NCBI GenBank assembly: GCA_000002445.1
Contig: CP000071.1
Location: 544,001 to 608,000, forward strand
Source: Trypanosoma brucei
Taxonomy: Eukaryota
DNA length: 64,000 nt
Direction: 5' to 3'
Part shown: one piece after another, positions 1-11,011 of the stretch
Layout of the letters: every line of letters starts with the position of its first letter
Numbering within the stretch: the first letter of the stretch is position 1
Notes under the pieces: model-generated
Told to the model about the DNA's origin: nothing
What the model saw: only the letters and a program-made list of their open reading frames with translations
The model's database searches: none
Translations under genes and position numbers: made by a program

Positions 1-1385
1 ATTGCACGTCTGCAGGGCAGGAACGACCAACGTTTTTCGGAGAAACAGCGACATGTTCACAAGAAGACATTTTGACAGCCGCTAAGAGAGATATTGCCGT
101 CACGAAGCTTCTTCCTTCAGCTGTCCAGATGCATATGGATAGGTTACTCGTCGACCCTATAACTGAACCCCTTGTCTTTCCTCCATTTGATGGTTCGGTG
201 TGCTCTGAGTTCAAAGTACCGTCAAGTCATTTCTCAGAGGGCGTACCTGACGCTGATATGGTAATGTATGCTGCAGCGGGTCCAACGCCGGAGGGTGTGG
301 CTGCCTGGGCTACGGGTTGCATAACTCTTGACGATGGGCGTGCTGTGGCTGGCGTAACTAACCTTGGCCCCGGTTCCATTAGCCTGTCGGAGACCAGCAT
401 TCGCACAGCTGCTCATGAGATTGCCCACATCCTTGGGTTCAATTTCCGAGCGATGAACGATGCCGGTATGGTGCAAAGAATTCCCGGTGTTCGTGGAAAG
501 GTTGATGTGACACTCATTTCGTCACCCAGGACACTGCAGAAGGCCCGCGAACACTACAATTGTCCCGATGCCCCTGGAATGGAACTGGAGGACGAAGGTG
601 GTAGTGGCACCGCATTATCACACTGGGAGCGGCGCAATGCGAAGGATGAGATCATGTCTGGTATTTCTTCACCTGGTCGATACACAGCGCTAACGATGGC
701 GGCGTTTGAGGATCTGGGATATTACCGTGGTGCCTGGGGGAGCGAAGAACCTATGGGTTGGGGAAACAACTCTGGTTGTGAGCTACTCAACGAAAGCTGT
801 TTGGTGAACGGTGTGACAGCGCACCCGGATATGTTCTGCAACGAAACCGTGAGCAAGCTGGTTTGTAACTCGGAGCGAGATGGTCTTGGAAGGTGTAATG
901 TAATTAAGCATGAAAATCCACTTCCACCGCAATACCATTACTTTTCTGATCCTTCACGTGGTGCCCCCTCCCATCTCTTGATGGACTACTGCCCGTCCAT
1001 TGACGCGTTCTCCAACACGCCTTGTGCCGACGGCGAAACGAAATTCATGCGTGGAAGTTTGATAGGACCGTCGTCAATGTGTCTGAAGGCCGAGGGACTC
1101 CGTGACAGTCAGGGCGTCATTGGCGATGTTTGTGCGGATGTGCGGTGTGATGGTGGTGAAGTAAGCATTCGTTATCTTGGGGATGATGCATGGCATCCGT
1201 GCCCAGAAGGCAGTCACATCAAACCGACTACAACATTCACGGATGGCGTCATTGTTTGCCCGACTTACAGTGAGGTTTGTATCAAAGCAACAGTGGTTGT
1301 ACGCCCTTCTTCAGCCAGCTACCGTTCTTCAGTGCCGCAATCGCTGCTTCTCACCCTATTCGCTATAGTTTATGCTGCCTGTTAA
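1..1385 (+). CDS. GP63/leishmanolysin (major surface protease, MSP) family zinc metalloprotease. C-terminal 461 codons only. The gene begins upstream of the window.
   Basis: The frame is open from nt 3 to the stop at 1385. It has a HEIAHILGF zinc-binding HEXXH motif, many conserved Cys, and a hydrophobic C-terminus (LLLTLFAIVYAAC) consistent with a GPI-anchor signal. There is no start codon at the true N-terminus because the window edge cuts the gene. Confidence 0.85.
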   Translation, partial: CTSAGQERPTFFGETATCSQEDILTAAKRDIAVTKLLPSAVQMHMDRLLVDPITEPLVFPPFDGSVCSEFKVPSSHFSEGVPDADMVMYAAAGPTPEGVAAWATGCITLDDGRAVAGVTNLGPGSISLSETSIRTAAHEIAHILGFNFRAMNDAGMVQRIPGVRGKVDVTLISSPRTLQKAREHYNCPDAPGMELEDEGGSGTALSHWERRNAKDEIMSGISSPGRYTALTMAAFEDLGYYRGAWGSEEPMGWGNNSGCELLNESCLVNGVTAHPDMFCNETVSKLVCNSERDGLGRCNVIKHENPLPPQYHYFSDPSRGAPSHLLMDYCPSIDAFSNTPCADGETKFMRGSLIGPSSMCLKAEGLRDSQGVIGDVCADVRCDGGEVSIRYLGDDAWHPCPEGSHIKPTTTFTDGVIVCPTYSEVCIKATVVVRPSSASYRSSVPQSLLLTLFAIVYAAC

Positions 1386-2404
1386 ATGGCGTGACTATAG
1401 GTGTGGGGTTAAGCATCCGTTACTGTCCTTGGATGTTGCGTCAGAAATGGTTACTACATGCGATACGCAGGTTTTCCTTTTATACGAGTATTTTCCATTA
1501 CCACTTTGCAAGGTTGTTGTATTCCTTTCTTTTGTCTTTGTACACGTTTTTTTTAAATACTTTGTTTATTATACGCACAGAACCCTATGACTCCAGAGGT
1601 TGTATGGGGAGAATGTGTGTGCGAGCGTTATCGTCTGTTATTTCTTAGTCCAGTTGTCTGCGTTCTCACGGCAGAATCGTGGCAGCAGCGGGCACCTAAA
1701 CGATTTTAGGCCGCCACGTCGCGGTCGGCACTGATTCATCGTTAAATACATTTTTTAAATATAATTTTCGTATCGATAATGTTGATTTCAATTCCACTTT
1801 GCTCTTATCTACCTATATGTTAACAACACACTTCCGTTGTTGCATTTCACCACGGGTTTCGGGCGCTTATTCTCTCTTCCCCTTGTTCCTCCCATATGTC
1901 AAAAGGAAGCGGTTGATGATGTAGCAGAGGTGATTATTTCCAAAGCAAAAGATGCGGTGCATTTAATTTTTGTTCGGGTGGGAGGTTGTGGCGCTGCTGT
2001 GCTTATCCGTTTATACGGTTCCGTGTTGTTGGAGGTGCCTTGTGTATCATACATTTATATCTGCAGCTTCTTCGGTTGATTGAGGGTTGGGCTATGAAGA
2101 AGTGGACGATTTAGCTATTTGGTATGTGTAGGCAAACGTCGATGCCGAGTGCTACTGCGGGCTAACGTGAATATAAGAGAAAATCGTATCAGCATGCGCT
2201 CCACTACAATTGCTGTAACTCATTTTTTGCATCAGCAGCGCACGTGCTTGTGTACCCTTAACTCAACCGGCAACAACTAGTCTTCTTAAACTTGTGCTGG
2301 ACGCTGGCATGCTCTTAGCCATCCCGTAAATTTGTGGTGTTGTTGTTTTGCTTTATTGTTTAGCCGTTTTTACACGAAATTCCTGTTCGGTGCGTCAGTC
2401 GCCA

Positions 2405-2495
2405 TGGTTGTTTTCCTACACATCATGTGTTCGTCGTTGTAGCTTTCTCTTCCATTTTCTGTTTTTGTGTTTTTTTCGACATGCTTTCTGCATGC
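2405..2495 (+). promoter_or_regulatory. Polypyrimidine tract, probably the trans-splicing/polyadenylation signal upstream of the nodulin-like gene. AG dinucleotides follow at about 2499.
   Basis: A long C/T-rich run (tcttccattttctgtttttgtgtttttttcgacatgctttctg) lies 160-250 nt upstream of the ATG at 2659. This is the usual trypanosomatid mRNA-processing signal. Confidence 0.3.
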
Positions 2496-2658
2496 GCACA
2501 GAGAAGTGCACGAGCGGGGAAAGTGAAGCACAACGGTAGACTATTTGCTGAGTGTTGAGATTCCTCATTTGGTGGAAGCGTAGAAATACACGCGGTTATA
2601 CACAATACATTCGAGTGTATATATTTGCACCCCGTTTGTTCGTTTACCGCCGCCGGAG

Positions 2659-4434
2659 ATGAACTGCGCGGCGGACCACGTCGTTGAACGACTGCCTACG
2701 GCGCGGCAACAACCCGCCGGTGAGCCCCACCGATTTGGCCTGTTGGCCGTCGCCGCCTTCAGTTGCATATGCGTTTCGCTTACATATGGCTTCAACCTCA
2801 TATCTGGTGCAATGCAGGAGCGATATGGCCTCACCCAACGGGACTTGTCGACAATCAGTACTGTTGGCATTGCGGTTGGGTATTTTGGTTTGCCGTACAG
2901 TTTTATTTACGATCATTTCGGCCCGAAGCCCATCTACTTCCTGGGGTTGCTCTGCTACCTGCTGGGCACTGTGATGTTCGCGTTAACGTTTCAGGGAGTT
3001 ATTGAGGGTACTGTTTTACGACTTAGCATATACAACGCATCCGTGACTCTTGGTTGCTCAATGTTCGACATGGGTGCTTTGGTGACACTGTTGAGCGTTT
3101 TCCCCTCAAATCGTGGTGCCGTGGTGGCCATGCTGAAGACCTTAAATGGCCTCGGCGCAGCAATTGTAGGGAGCGTTCGGCTGGCTTTCTTCAGTGAGAA
3201 CACTTCTGCTTACTTTTACTTTCTGATGACCCTTGTAATTGTTATTGGGACGCTTGCCACCGCATATGTACGCCTCCCATCGTATCACCTTACAGGTTAC
3301 GAGGAGAATCATTTGAGTGAGGAGGAAAAGGTAAAACGGCTCATGAGGAAGGCCGTATACTTGCGGCAGAAGGCACCCACGTGGCGTTTCGTGCACGGTT
3401 TCGTCATCTTAATAGCACTCATTGTATTCCTCCCCACCCAGGGAGCGCTATTAGCTTACCTGAAGCTTGGTTCCGATTACAAGGTGGGATTCGCCGTCGT
3501 CACCATTATTCTGACGTTGTTGCTCCCCCTAATGGCGATCCCGACAACCAAATTCGATGGCAACAACCAGCGTATTGGCATCGATGATAAATCCCCCACT
3601 GAAGGTGCTGTTGGAAGTAACGATGGCGATTCGAGTGGTAGCAACGTAGTAGAAACAAACGTAGACTACATTGCGCCGCAGTTCCAGGAGTCATTTCTTG
3701 CTGGTTTGCGCACTCTGCGGCTCTGGTGCCTGATGTTTACAATATTCTTCTGTGCCGGTTCACTATTTGTTGTCATGTTCAATGCTCGTTACATCTACAC
3801 AGCTATGGTAGGTGAGGCCCCTGATGAGGCACTTAACACACTTCTTACTGTGCTTGGCGGTGCAGGCAGCGCCACGGGGAGGCTGGGGATGAGTTTTTTC
3901 GAAGTTTGGTCGCAGAAGCGTAAACCGGAACAGCGCGTTCCCATCACTGTTGTGCTTTTCATCCCGACAACCTTCGTCATCATTATGTTGACGATGTTCC
4001 TCACGGTCCCGAAGAGTGTTCTTCCTCTCTCGTATTTTATTGGCGCCCTTGCTAACGGATGCAACTCAGCTACAATCATTCTTGTGTCGCGGACAATATT
4101 TGCCAAGGACCCCGCCAAGCATTACTACTTCTGTTACATAGGTTCATTGTTGTCTGCCATCTTCCTCAACCGCTTGTTGTATGGCGAGTGGTACACGCAT
4201 GAGGCTGAAAAGCGTGGTGAAGTTGTATGCACGGATAAGGTGTGTGTGATGATGCCGATGATGCTGTTACTTGTTCTTTCTCTCTTGGCATTTGTAAGCA
4301 GTTCATATGTTCATGTGCAGTACCGCCGGCTCTGCACCAAAGCTTTGGAAGAGCGGCGCCGCATTCGTGAGGAAGAAGCTGCAGCGCGGAGGCAGCTCTC
4401 CGGTGCCACTGCAACGGCGGAACTTCCCAACTAA
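2659..4434 (+). CDS. Nodulin-like / major-facilitator-type polytopic membrane protein (591 aa)
   Basis: About 12 hydrophobic segments. The N-terminal half (GLPYSFIYDHFGPKPIYFLGLLCYLLG...) resembles the nodulin-like MFS domain annotated in kinetoplastids. There is a charged central loop and a C-terminal charged tail. Confidence 0.5.
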   Translation: MNCAADHVVERLPTARQQPAGEPHRFGLLAVAAFSCICVSLTYGFNLISGAMQERYGLTQRDLSTISTVGIAVGYFGLPYSFIYDHFGPKPIYFLGLLCYLLGTVMFALTFQGVIEGTVLRLSIYNASVTLGCSMFDMGALVTLLSVFPSNRGAVVAMLKTLNGLGAAIVGSVRLAFFSENTSAYFYFLMTLVIVIGTLATAYVRLPSYHLTGYEENHLSEEEKVKRLMRKAVYLRQKAPTWRFVHGFVILIALIVFLPTQGALLAYLKLGSDYKVGFAVVTIILTLLLPLMAIPTTKFDGNNQRIGIDDKSPTEGAVGSNDGDSSGSNVVETNVDYIAPQFQESFLAGLRTLRLWCLMFTIFFCAGSLFVVMFNARYIYTAMVGEAPDEALNTLLTVLGGAGSATGRLGMSFFEVWSQKRKPEQRVPITVVLFIPTTFVIIMLTMFLTVPKSVLPLSYFIGALANGCNSATIILVSRTIFAKDPAKHYYFCYIGSLLSAIFLNRLLYGEWYTHEAEKRGEVVCTDKVCVMMPMMLLLVLSLLAFVSSSYVHVQYRRLCTKALEERRRIREEEAAARRQLSGATATAELPN

Positions 4435-5932
4435 AGGAGTCGCAGTTTACTTACTTAATTTTCTTTTGGTTTGTTTCGAAGGTAATTTTCTTGCGTCTCC
4501 TGCGGCTTCGTGGTGAATTGTTATGAAGTGTGCGTAGATAAATAAATTTATTTTTAAAATTTCAAGTGTATTCCCCTCTGTGATACCATCATAATTGTTA
4601 TTTTTTGGCGTTCATTTACTTGCTTTTATTTTTTCCAGAGTGTGAAATCACAGAAGCAAAAATAAGGTAATCAAGTAAGATCTAAATGCGTTTTAAAGAG
4701 CTCTAATTTCTTGGCTTATTCACTTATTCGTTGATATTTTATTGAATAATCCTACATATTTTTGGCAGATGAATCAATTGCTTAATTATATATGTGTTTA
4801 TTTTGCGTTTTTTTTAAATGATATCTTTTATCGTTCCACTTATTTTTGGGGTGAGTGACTTCAGTGACTGACGTTATAAATGAAGAAAAATAAGAGTAGA
4901 ATTAATAATGTCGCGACGTCCTTCTCTTCTCTTTCATCCCACCCTTTTCGTTTTATTAAAAAAAATGAGATGGTAAAATGTCGCACTAGAGCACATGTCA
5001 GGATTGAAAGGAAAAGAAAAACTGTTAACTGCAACGTCGATATTAAAATTAAAGGAAAGGAAAAAGTACATACTAAATCAATAATTAAGATTGTTAGTGT
5101 TAAATGTTATTATGATAAAAGCGAGGCGGATCGTTATTTCAGCGGTGTTGGGCAACGTTAGGAATGACAGAACAAGAGCAATAAAAAAAGGAAGTAGCAG
5201 TGACTTGTCTGTTAGTGTATTTGCGTTCACTTCTGCACACCTCTGCACTTCATCGTTTCCTCTATTTCATTTCTTTATTAATTTTTTTTTCTTTAGATGA
5301 GGAAACCCCTTCGTTTTTTTCTTCTCACTCTCCATTTGGGAGGGGGAGCGGGCGGGTGAAGCGTTATCACAGTTTTGAAACGCACTAAATGCAGTGGTGA
5401 CATCGCGGTTCTACTTGTTTTACCTATTAGTGTATTTGTTTCTTCGCACACTCCTTAATCTCAATCACTTCAGATTACATATGCGACTTGTACCTTTTTC
5501 TTTTTTCATTGTAGAGGATCGTTTCTTCTTTTCTTTGATTGATTGATTGGTTTGCGTTTGTTTGCTTTAATTATGTTTGAACATTTTTCAAATTCAAGAT
5601 TAAAACGGGAAAAGTTGGACCACATGGCGCCGTAACTCAACCACATTACGTCGAGCAACTGAAGAAAATTGTAGCGCGTGATGAATAAATACAAACGACC
5701 AATAATCGGAAGCGTCAGTAACACCTCACGCATGACGCCACTTTGAATGCAATACTAATTATCTGACTCATATCCCCGTTTCCTCATTTTCCTCCTTTTT
5801 GTTTCTATTCCGTTACACCTCCGCTTCGCTCGTGGCATTCTTCCAGTGAGCGCACTTACGATGGATGGTGGAGGAAGAATATGAATGTGCAACACTTGCG
5901 TTCGTTGGCTTCGGATGCAACAACAATGGCTT

Positions 5933-6029
5933 TACCTCGATGATGTGTATGAGAACAAGCATATGTCCGAGCTGACCACAATTGTGGCACAATGAGAGCA
6001 TTACTCGAGTCCTTGAAAGCTGAGTGGTA
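5933..6029 (+). ncRNA. Candidate box C/D snoRNA, copy 1 of a repeated gene, with two guide elements against the 5' end of SSU rRNA
   Basis: Terminal stem tacc...ggta. C-box-like aTGATGT at 5940-5946. Antisense element aacaagcatatg at 5954-5965 followed by a degenerate D' CCGA at 5967-5970. C'-like aatgaga at 5991-5997. Antisense element agtccttgaaa at 6008-6018 immediately 5' of D box CTGA at 6020-6023. Confidence 0.45.
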
Positions 6030-6310
6030 TCGTACCTTTCTTTCTTTGCTTTAACTTATGATGCAAAGCAAATAAACAGCGGGGGAAACCTCGTCTCAAA
6101 ATGTGATTTTGCGTGAACGAGCGTTTTCAAGCGTCATCCACTGACTCATATCCCCGTTTCCTCATTTTCCTCCTTTTTGTTTCTATTCCGTTACACCTCC
6201 GCTTCGCTCGTGGCATTCTTCCAGTGAGTGCACTTACGATGAACGGTGGAGGAAGAATATAAATGTGCAACACTTGCGTTCATTGGCTTCGGATGCAACA
6301 ACAATGGCTT

Positions 6311-6407
6311 TACCTCGATGATGTGTATGAGAACAAGCATATGTCCGAGCTGACCACAATTGTGGTACAATGAGAGCATTACTCGAGTCCTTGAAAGCTG
6401 AGTGGTA
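6311..6407 (+). ncRNA. Candidate box C/D snoRNA, copy 2
   Basis: Identical box and guide architecture to copy 1, shifted by 378 nt. There is one SNP (c to t) outside the guides. Confidence 0.45.
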
Positions 6408-6688
6408 TCGTACCTTTCTTTCTTTGCTTTAACTTATGATGCAAAGCAAATAAACAGCGGGGGAAACCTCGTCTCAAAATGTGATTTTGCGTGAACGAGC
6501 GTTTTCAAGCGTCATCCACTGACTCATATCCCCGTTTCCTCATTTTCCTCCTTTTTGTTTCTATTCCGTTACACCTCCGCTTCGCTCGTGGCATTCTTCC
6601 AGTGAGCGCACTTACGATGGATGGTGGAGGAAGAATATGAATGTGCAACACTTGCATTCATTGGCTTCGGATGCAACAACAATGGCTT

Positions 6689-6785
6689 TACCTCGATGAT
6701 GTGTATGAGAACAAGCATATGTCCGAGCTGACCACAATTGTGGCACAATGAGAGCATTACTCGAGTCCTTGAAAGCTGAGTGGTA
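6689..6785 (+). ncRNA. Candidate box C/D snoRNA, copy 3
   Basis: Identical box and guide architecture, shifted by 756 nt from copy 1. Confidence 0.45.
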
Positions 6786-7022
6786 TCGTACCTTTCTTTC
6801 TTTGCTTTAACTTATGATGCAAAGCAAATAAACAGCGGGGGAAACCTCGTCTCAAAATGTGATTTTGCGTGAACGACCGTTTTCAAGCGTCATCCACTGA
6901 CTCATATCCCCGTTTCCTCATTTTCCTCCTTTTTGTTTCTATTCCGTTACACCTCCGCTTCGCTCGTGGCATTCTTCCAGTGAGCGCACTTACGATGGAT
7001 GGTGGAGGAAGAATATAAATGT

Positions 7023-7528
7023 GCACCCTGGCGATGCCGGTCACCTCAACGTGGTGCCAGGGTCCAGTACCCCGTATCATCGGGGGAAGCCAAGAGCCAG
7101 CAGCGTTCCTTTCATGGGGAACACTGCTGTGCTCCGGATACGGCATCATACAGCACAGGGATCAGCAGCGTCTTGTTGGGACACCGTTTTTCATTTGTCG
7201 GTCCCTGGGCACGTGCCAGCGTGCCATCAGCAGTATCATCCGCACTAAGATGCTGCTGTCCGGTGATGTGGAACTCCAAAAAAGGATTGCTAATTGACAT
7301 CTTTTGGAGTTCCGGGGTGGGAGGCTTCTCGCCCCATCTGCTGTATTCCGTTCATCTGCGGAAATACAACAAGAGTTATAGAGGGTGTGTTAGGATGAAT
7401 AAAAAAAGGGAGGCTCTGCCACAGTTGCCAGACCGATAGCATCTCAGGGCTCTACGGTGATGGCTGATGGCCGCGCCAGTGGGGGGAAACTCTCACGAAG
7501 GCACGAAGAAAATTAAATTAAATTAATT
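7023..7528 (+). mobile_element. RIME-like (ingi-family) non-LTR retroposon, about 0.5 kb, with a Pr77 5' signature and an A-rich 3' end
   Basis: The 5' end reads gcaccctggcgatgccggtcacctcaacgtggtgccagggtccagtaccccgtatcatcgggggaagccaagagccagcagcgttcc. This matches my recollection of the conserved 5' 77-80 nt of T. brucei ingi/RIME, T. cruzi L1Tc/NARTc and SIDER. The element has no long ORF and ends in gaagaaaattaaattaaattaatta. Its length of about 505 bp fits RIME. Confidence 0.75.
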
Positions 7529-10500
7529 ATTCTTACCAGAATACCCTCTATTTTTCGCGTTGTTTCCCTTTTTTCATCGCAGTCGCTAGCCGGCTGAAAT
7601 GGTTTCATGCTTCCATTATAAAGCGGGCCATGGTGGCCCCCTCTTTCCCGTCAGGGGGGATCGTTTGTTGCGGTATGCCGAGTATAACGTGCGAGCCCGC
7701 CTCGGTGTGTTTTGGGGGTTTGACCGTCTTTCCGATTGTTCTGCCTCCTCATTCCGTTCCTTTCACCTCACAGCCGTAATGATGTCTTTCCCTCACTCCA
7801 AGGCGCTGTTGTGGCGTCAGGTTGTTCCGCGCGCCTTTTTTTCCGCCTACACTATCGTTTTACCTGGTCCAACCAAGTAAAATCGTGAATTGGAACGCCG
7901 GCTTTAGCCCCTTCTTCGGTTGGTTCCACTATGTGTTTATATCCGTCGCGAAGTCCCGCTTTTTTAATATCGCAGGACCTGTGGCTTACAGCGGGGGAAA
8001 GGGACGATGGATCAGTGTACGGTGATGCGCTCCTCCCTCTTTTCGGCCGTTTTCTCGCAATATCCATGACGGCTGCGCGCCAACCTCCTATCACTAGAAT
8101 TTCTGCTCCGTGGCTAAGTGTCAGTTTCCGCACCCCTTGCCAGTGGTTTTTCCTTTTTTGCTCCCTCTCTCCGGGATGCCGGCGACACAGTCCCTGACGA
8201 GCTGTTGAGCGCTGCTGCTCCGCCAGCCCGTTTCCGACCTGCTTCCCGAAACCATGTCACAGTCTTCGGTGACTTTTTACACTTTTTACTCTATCCCTGT
8301 TTGCCTTCAGCTCTTCGGGGCGCCGTTCAATCAAAGAGGTCCTCCCCACCAATATTGCCGCGGCAGTTGCACCGTCATCTGAAAAGACAAACCAGCCGGT
8401 TCTCGAAAGAAGGCATGTCGGATTGCTGATTTTTTCTCTTCACAGGCCCACTGACAACTTATTCACTTCCCCTTCCCCCGCCCCTTCCGCCAAGAGTAAA
8501 GTTCATCGACGCGTGGATGCGCTACCCGTTGTTTTTTTCTCTTTGTCATTTTGCTTTTGCGGACAGTGGCCCACTGAGTTTGAGTGGAGCTGCGGAGGCG
8601 CTCTGTAATGTGTTGGGGAAGTTGAAATCGGTGTATGCCTTCGTCCAAGCGAAAACTAGGTATGCAGCCGAGAAAGTGAGGGAGTTTGAGGATATGGTGG
8701 AGTTGGTGAGGTCGAAGATTGCGAGGGGCAGGAAAAACGGGGAAAGACGATAATAACCGCACCTCGTGCACGAGCATTGAAAAGTTTTCGGATTGTGGAC
8801 GGAGCGTGGGATAGGTGGGCCGGAGGGCGAGGGAACGGAGAGTGCTGAGGTGTGTATTGGATACGCAGCCGTGAAGGATGCTGAGCAAAGGGAGGTTTTG
8901 AGGCGGCATGAGGCTCGACGAAATGGTGGCTGCGCTCGGGAATCTGTAAAAAAATACTGAAAATTATTTATGGTTGATGTACTCGAGAACACCGCGGGAA
9001 GAACTTACCACCAAGCTGCTCCGCCGGAACAGAGCGAAACGAAAGGGCAGTATAGTGGGAATCCATCAAAACCATGGGGGACGTAGCTGCTTCTCCTTCG
9101 GACAAATCATACGCAATGAGTTTGGAGGGTGCAGGGAGCTGGCCTGTGCATGGGTGGGGGTTGGAGACGCAACGACGGTTTTGGAGGAATTCGGGCTTTC
9201 TGCTTGATGCTGTTGGAAAGAATTGCGGCGGGAACAAAATTGGAGAAAATGATCCCATCTGCAAAGCATCATTTTTTGTGGAAATGCTGACCTGCTCGGA
9301 ATTGTGTAATTGGAAAAAGGCGGCCCCCAAAGAGATGGCAACCCACTCGGCACATAATACGAAAAAGGCACGTGTATATACATATATATGATGGTGATGG
9401 TAAGGAAAGAAGCAATGAAGGAACCCACACGGTACGAAGAAGCGAAAAAAAAATCCACAACAACCATTCAAAACTCTAATTAATACAAAAAAAGAGAGGG
9501 ATGTGTAGTGAAAACTTCTCACAAAATCCCATATTTCGCTTCGTTAAAGAAAAGCTGTATGTGGGGAAAGACGTTAGTGATAGAGAAAACCCCGTTGCTG
9601 GTACCGTGGGTGATATGGGTGAGTGGAAAAGGGGAGAGGAACACGAAAAGAGCGTGGAAGACTGGGTGGCTTGGGTGCCGCACTCACTCCCACCTCCTAC
9701 GAAACCCCACGGAATGATGACCAAACGATGGGTGCAGAAGCCAAAGGTCAGAAGAATCGCACAAAATGAAATACTGTGACGCTGTCGTGTGCATCGTGGA
9801 TGTCTCGTCCCTGAATTCGCCTAAGCCATCCTTTTGGATTTTGCCATACTAGTCTGGTTTTCAGTTGCACAGCAGAGGGGCCACTTCAACAGCTCAGCCC
9901 ACTAACAGGGAAATGCTGGGGACTGGCATGCGATTTCCTGGGAAAGAGGGGGGGGTCTTGAATACGTGGTGGGGTGCATCAACACAACTTGTTGGGAATA
10001 ACACTGATTGCCCGAGCGGCAGCGAGCACCACGACCGAGGACCCATGTGGGTATACAATGGGGAACCTGCGCCATCGCTGATGTCAAAAGCACGGCGTCG
10101 TAACCACGGATATACAGAAGTTGTGGGCTGTACGCTTTGATGCGTGTATACGCATAACAGCGAAGAAGCGTACAAGAGCGTAAGTTTACCAATGAAAGTC
10201 AGCAACACGTGCATCACTACCATCGCTACTTTGCGTTTAGTCGCACCACCTCACCGTTTTAGGGCTTTCTTCAAGCAGCAGCTACCAAAATTACTTCCCA
10301 CTTTACTGGCTCCTAACCTGCAAAGATCCATTGGCAGTGTATCCACGCACTGCACTTTTAGTTTATCGGTTGTAACCTTTCCATTAGCACCAGTTTTCAC
10401 TCCGAACCTCCTTCAGTGTCTGCCGCGCCGGCTTGCATACAGAAGTAAGAGGATTAAGATCCTTTCCTTTTACTTCTGACAACCCTGAGTTGCCTCTGGT

Positions 10501-11011
10501 CGATAGGCCCACACATATTGGGAAAAGCCCTACCAAATTTGGAAAAAGAGATCTAAAGAGTATGATCCTTTAGTAGAGTTTTAACCAAAACGTCGTTGAT
10601 TGTGAAGTAACATTCGGAGGATGAACGTGAATGTCGCTCAAATAAAGCAGATCTTCGCTTTTAGCAGCCCCAAGCGATGCTTGTTATTTCATTGGCGGCA
10701 AGCATGTCTAGGCAACTGTTGCTTTTCTTTGTACTGCCGCCAAGCTTATCGTCGGAAAATCTTTATGGGAATATATTGTCCGTAAAGCGTGCAGCCCCAT
10801 GCTGAGCCGTTCAGTCGGTAATACACATTACGCTGCATTCTCTTGCCTTCCACGGTTGTTCAAATACAACCGAAAAGGCGCGTCATTCAGGGATGGCAGC
10901 TCCGGGTCATGAGGATGGGATGCACCTCCACTGGATACAAACACACATACCGTATAAAATATGCTGTGAGAGCCGGCTCTACCGTTTTTGCCGACCGATC
11001 GAGGCGCTCAT

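Larger units (their letters stand above)
5763..7025 (+). repeat. Tandem array of a 378-bp unit, 3.3 copies (5763-6140, 6141-6518, 6519-6896, partial 6897-about 7025)
   Basis: Anchoring on 'ctgactcatatccccgtttcc' at 5763, 6141, 6519 and 6897 gives an exact 378-nt period. Copies are about 98% identical. The few SNPs cluster at unit offsets +85 to +140. About 48% GC. Confidence 0.95.

Noticed and set aside
6055-6146. Second C/D-like element per repeat unit (aUGAUGC … CUGA)
   Set aside because: It is not listed as a feature. The box spacing is plausible, but I could not match its putative guides (ttttcaagcgtcatcca, gggggaaacctcgt) to rRNA from memory, and its terminal stem is weak. It is kept only as a remark inside the main finding.
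5813-6757. Three identical 62-aa minus-strand ORFs (5813-6001, 6191-6379, 6569-6757) recurring every 378 bp
   Set aside because: They are reading-frame artefacts of the tandem repeat. They do not span the unit, have no protein-like features, and sit antisense to the snoRNA-like elements.
7000-7540. Target-site duplication flanking the RIME element
   Set aside because: Only a loose match exists (gaagaatataaat versus gaagaaaattaaat). The latter could be the element's own A-rich tail, so no TSD is claimed.
8517-8753. 78-aa plus-strand ORF with a somewhat protein-like charged sequence in the strand-switch region
   Set aside because: Too short, with no motif and no adjacent processing signals that I can evaluate. 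It is left as non-coding.
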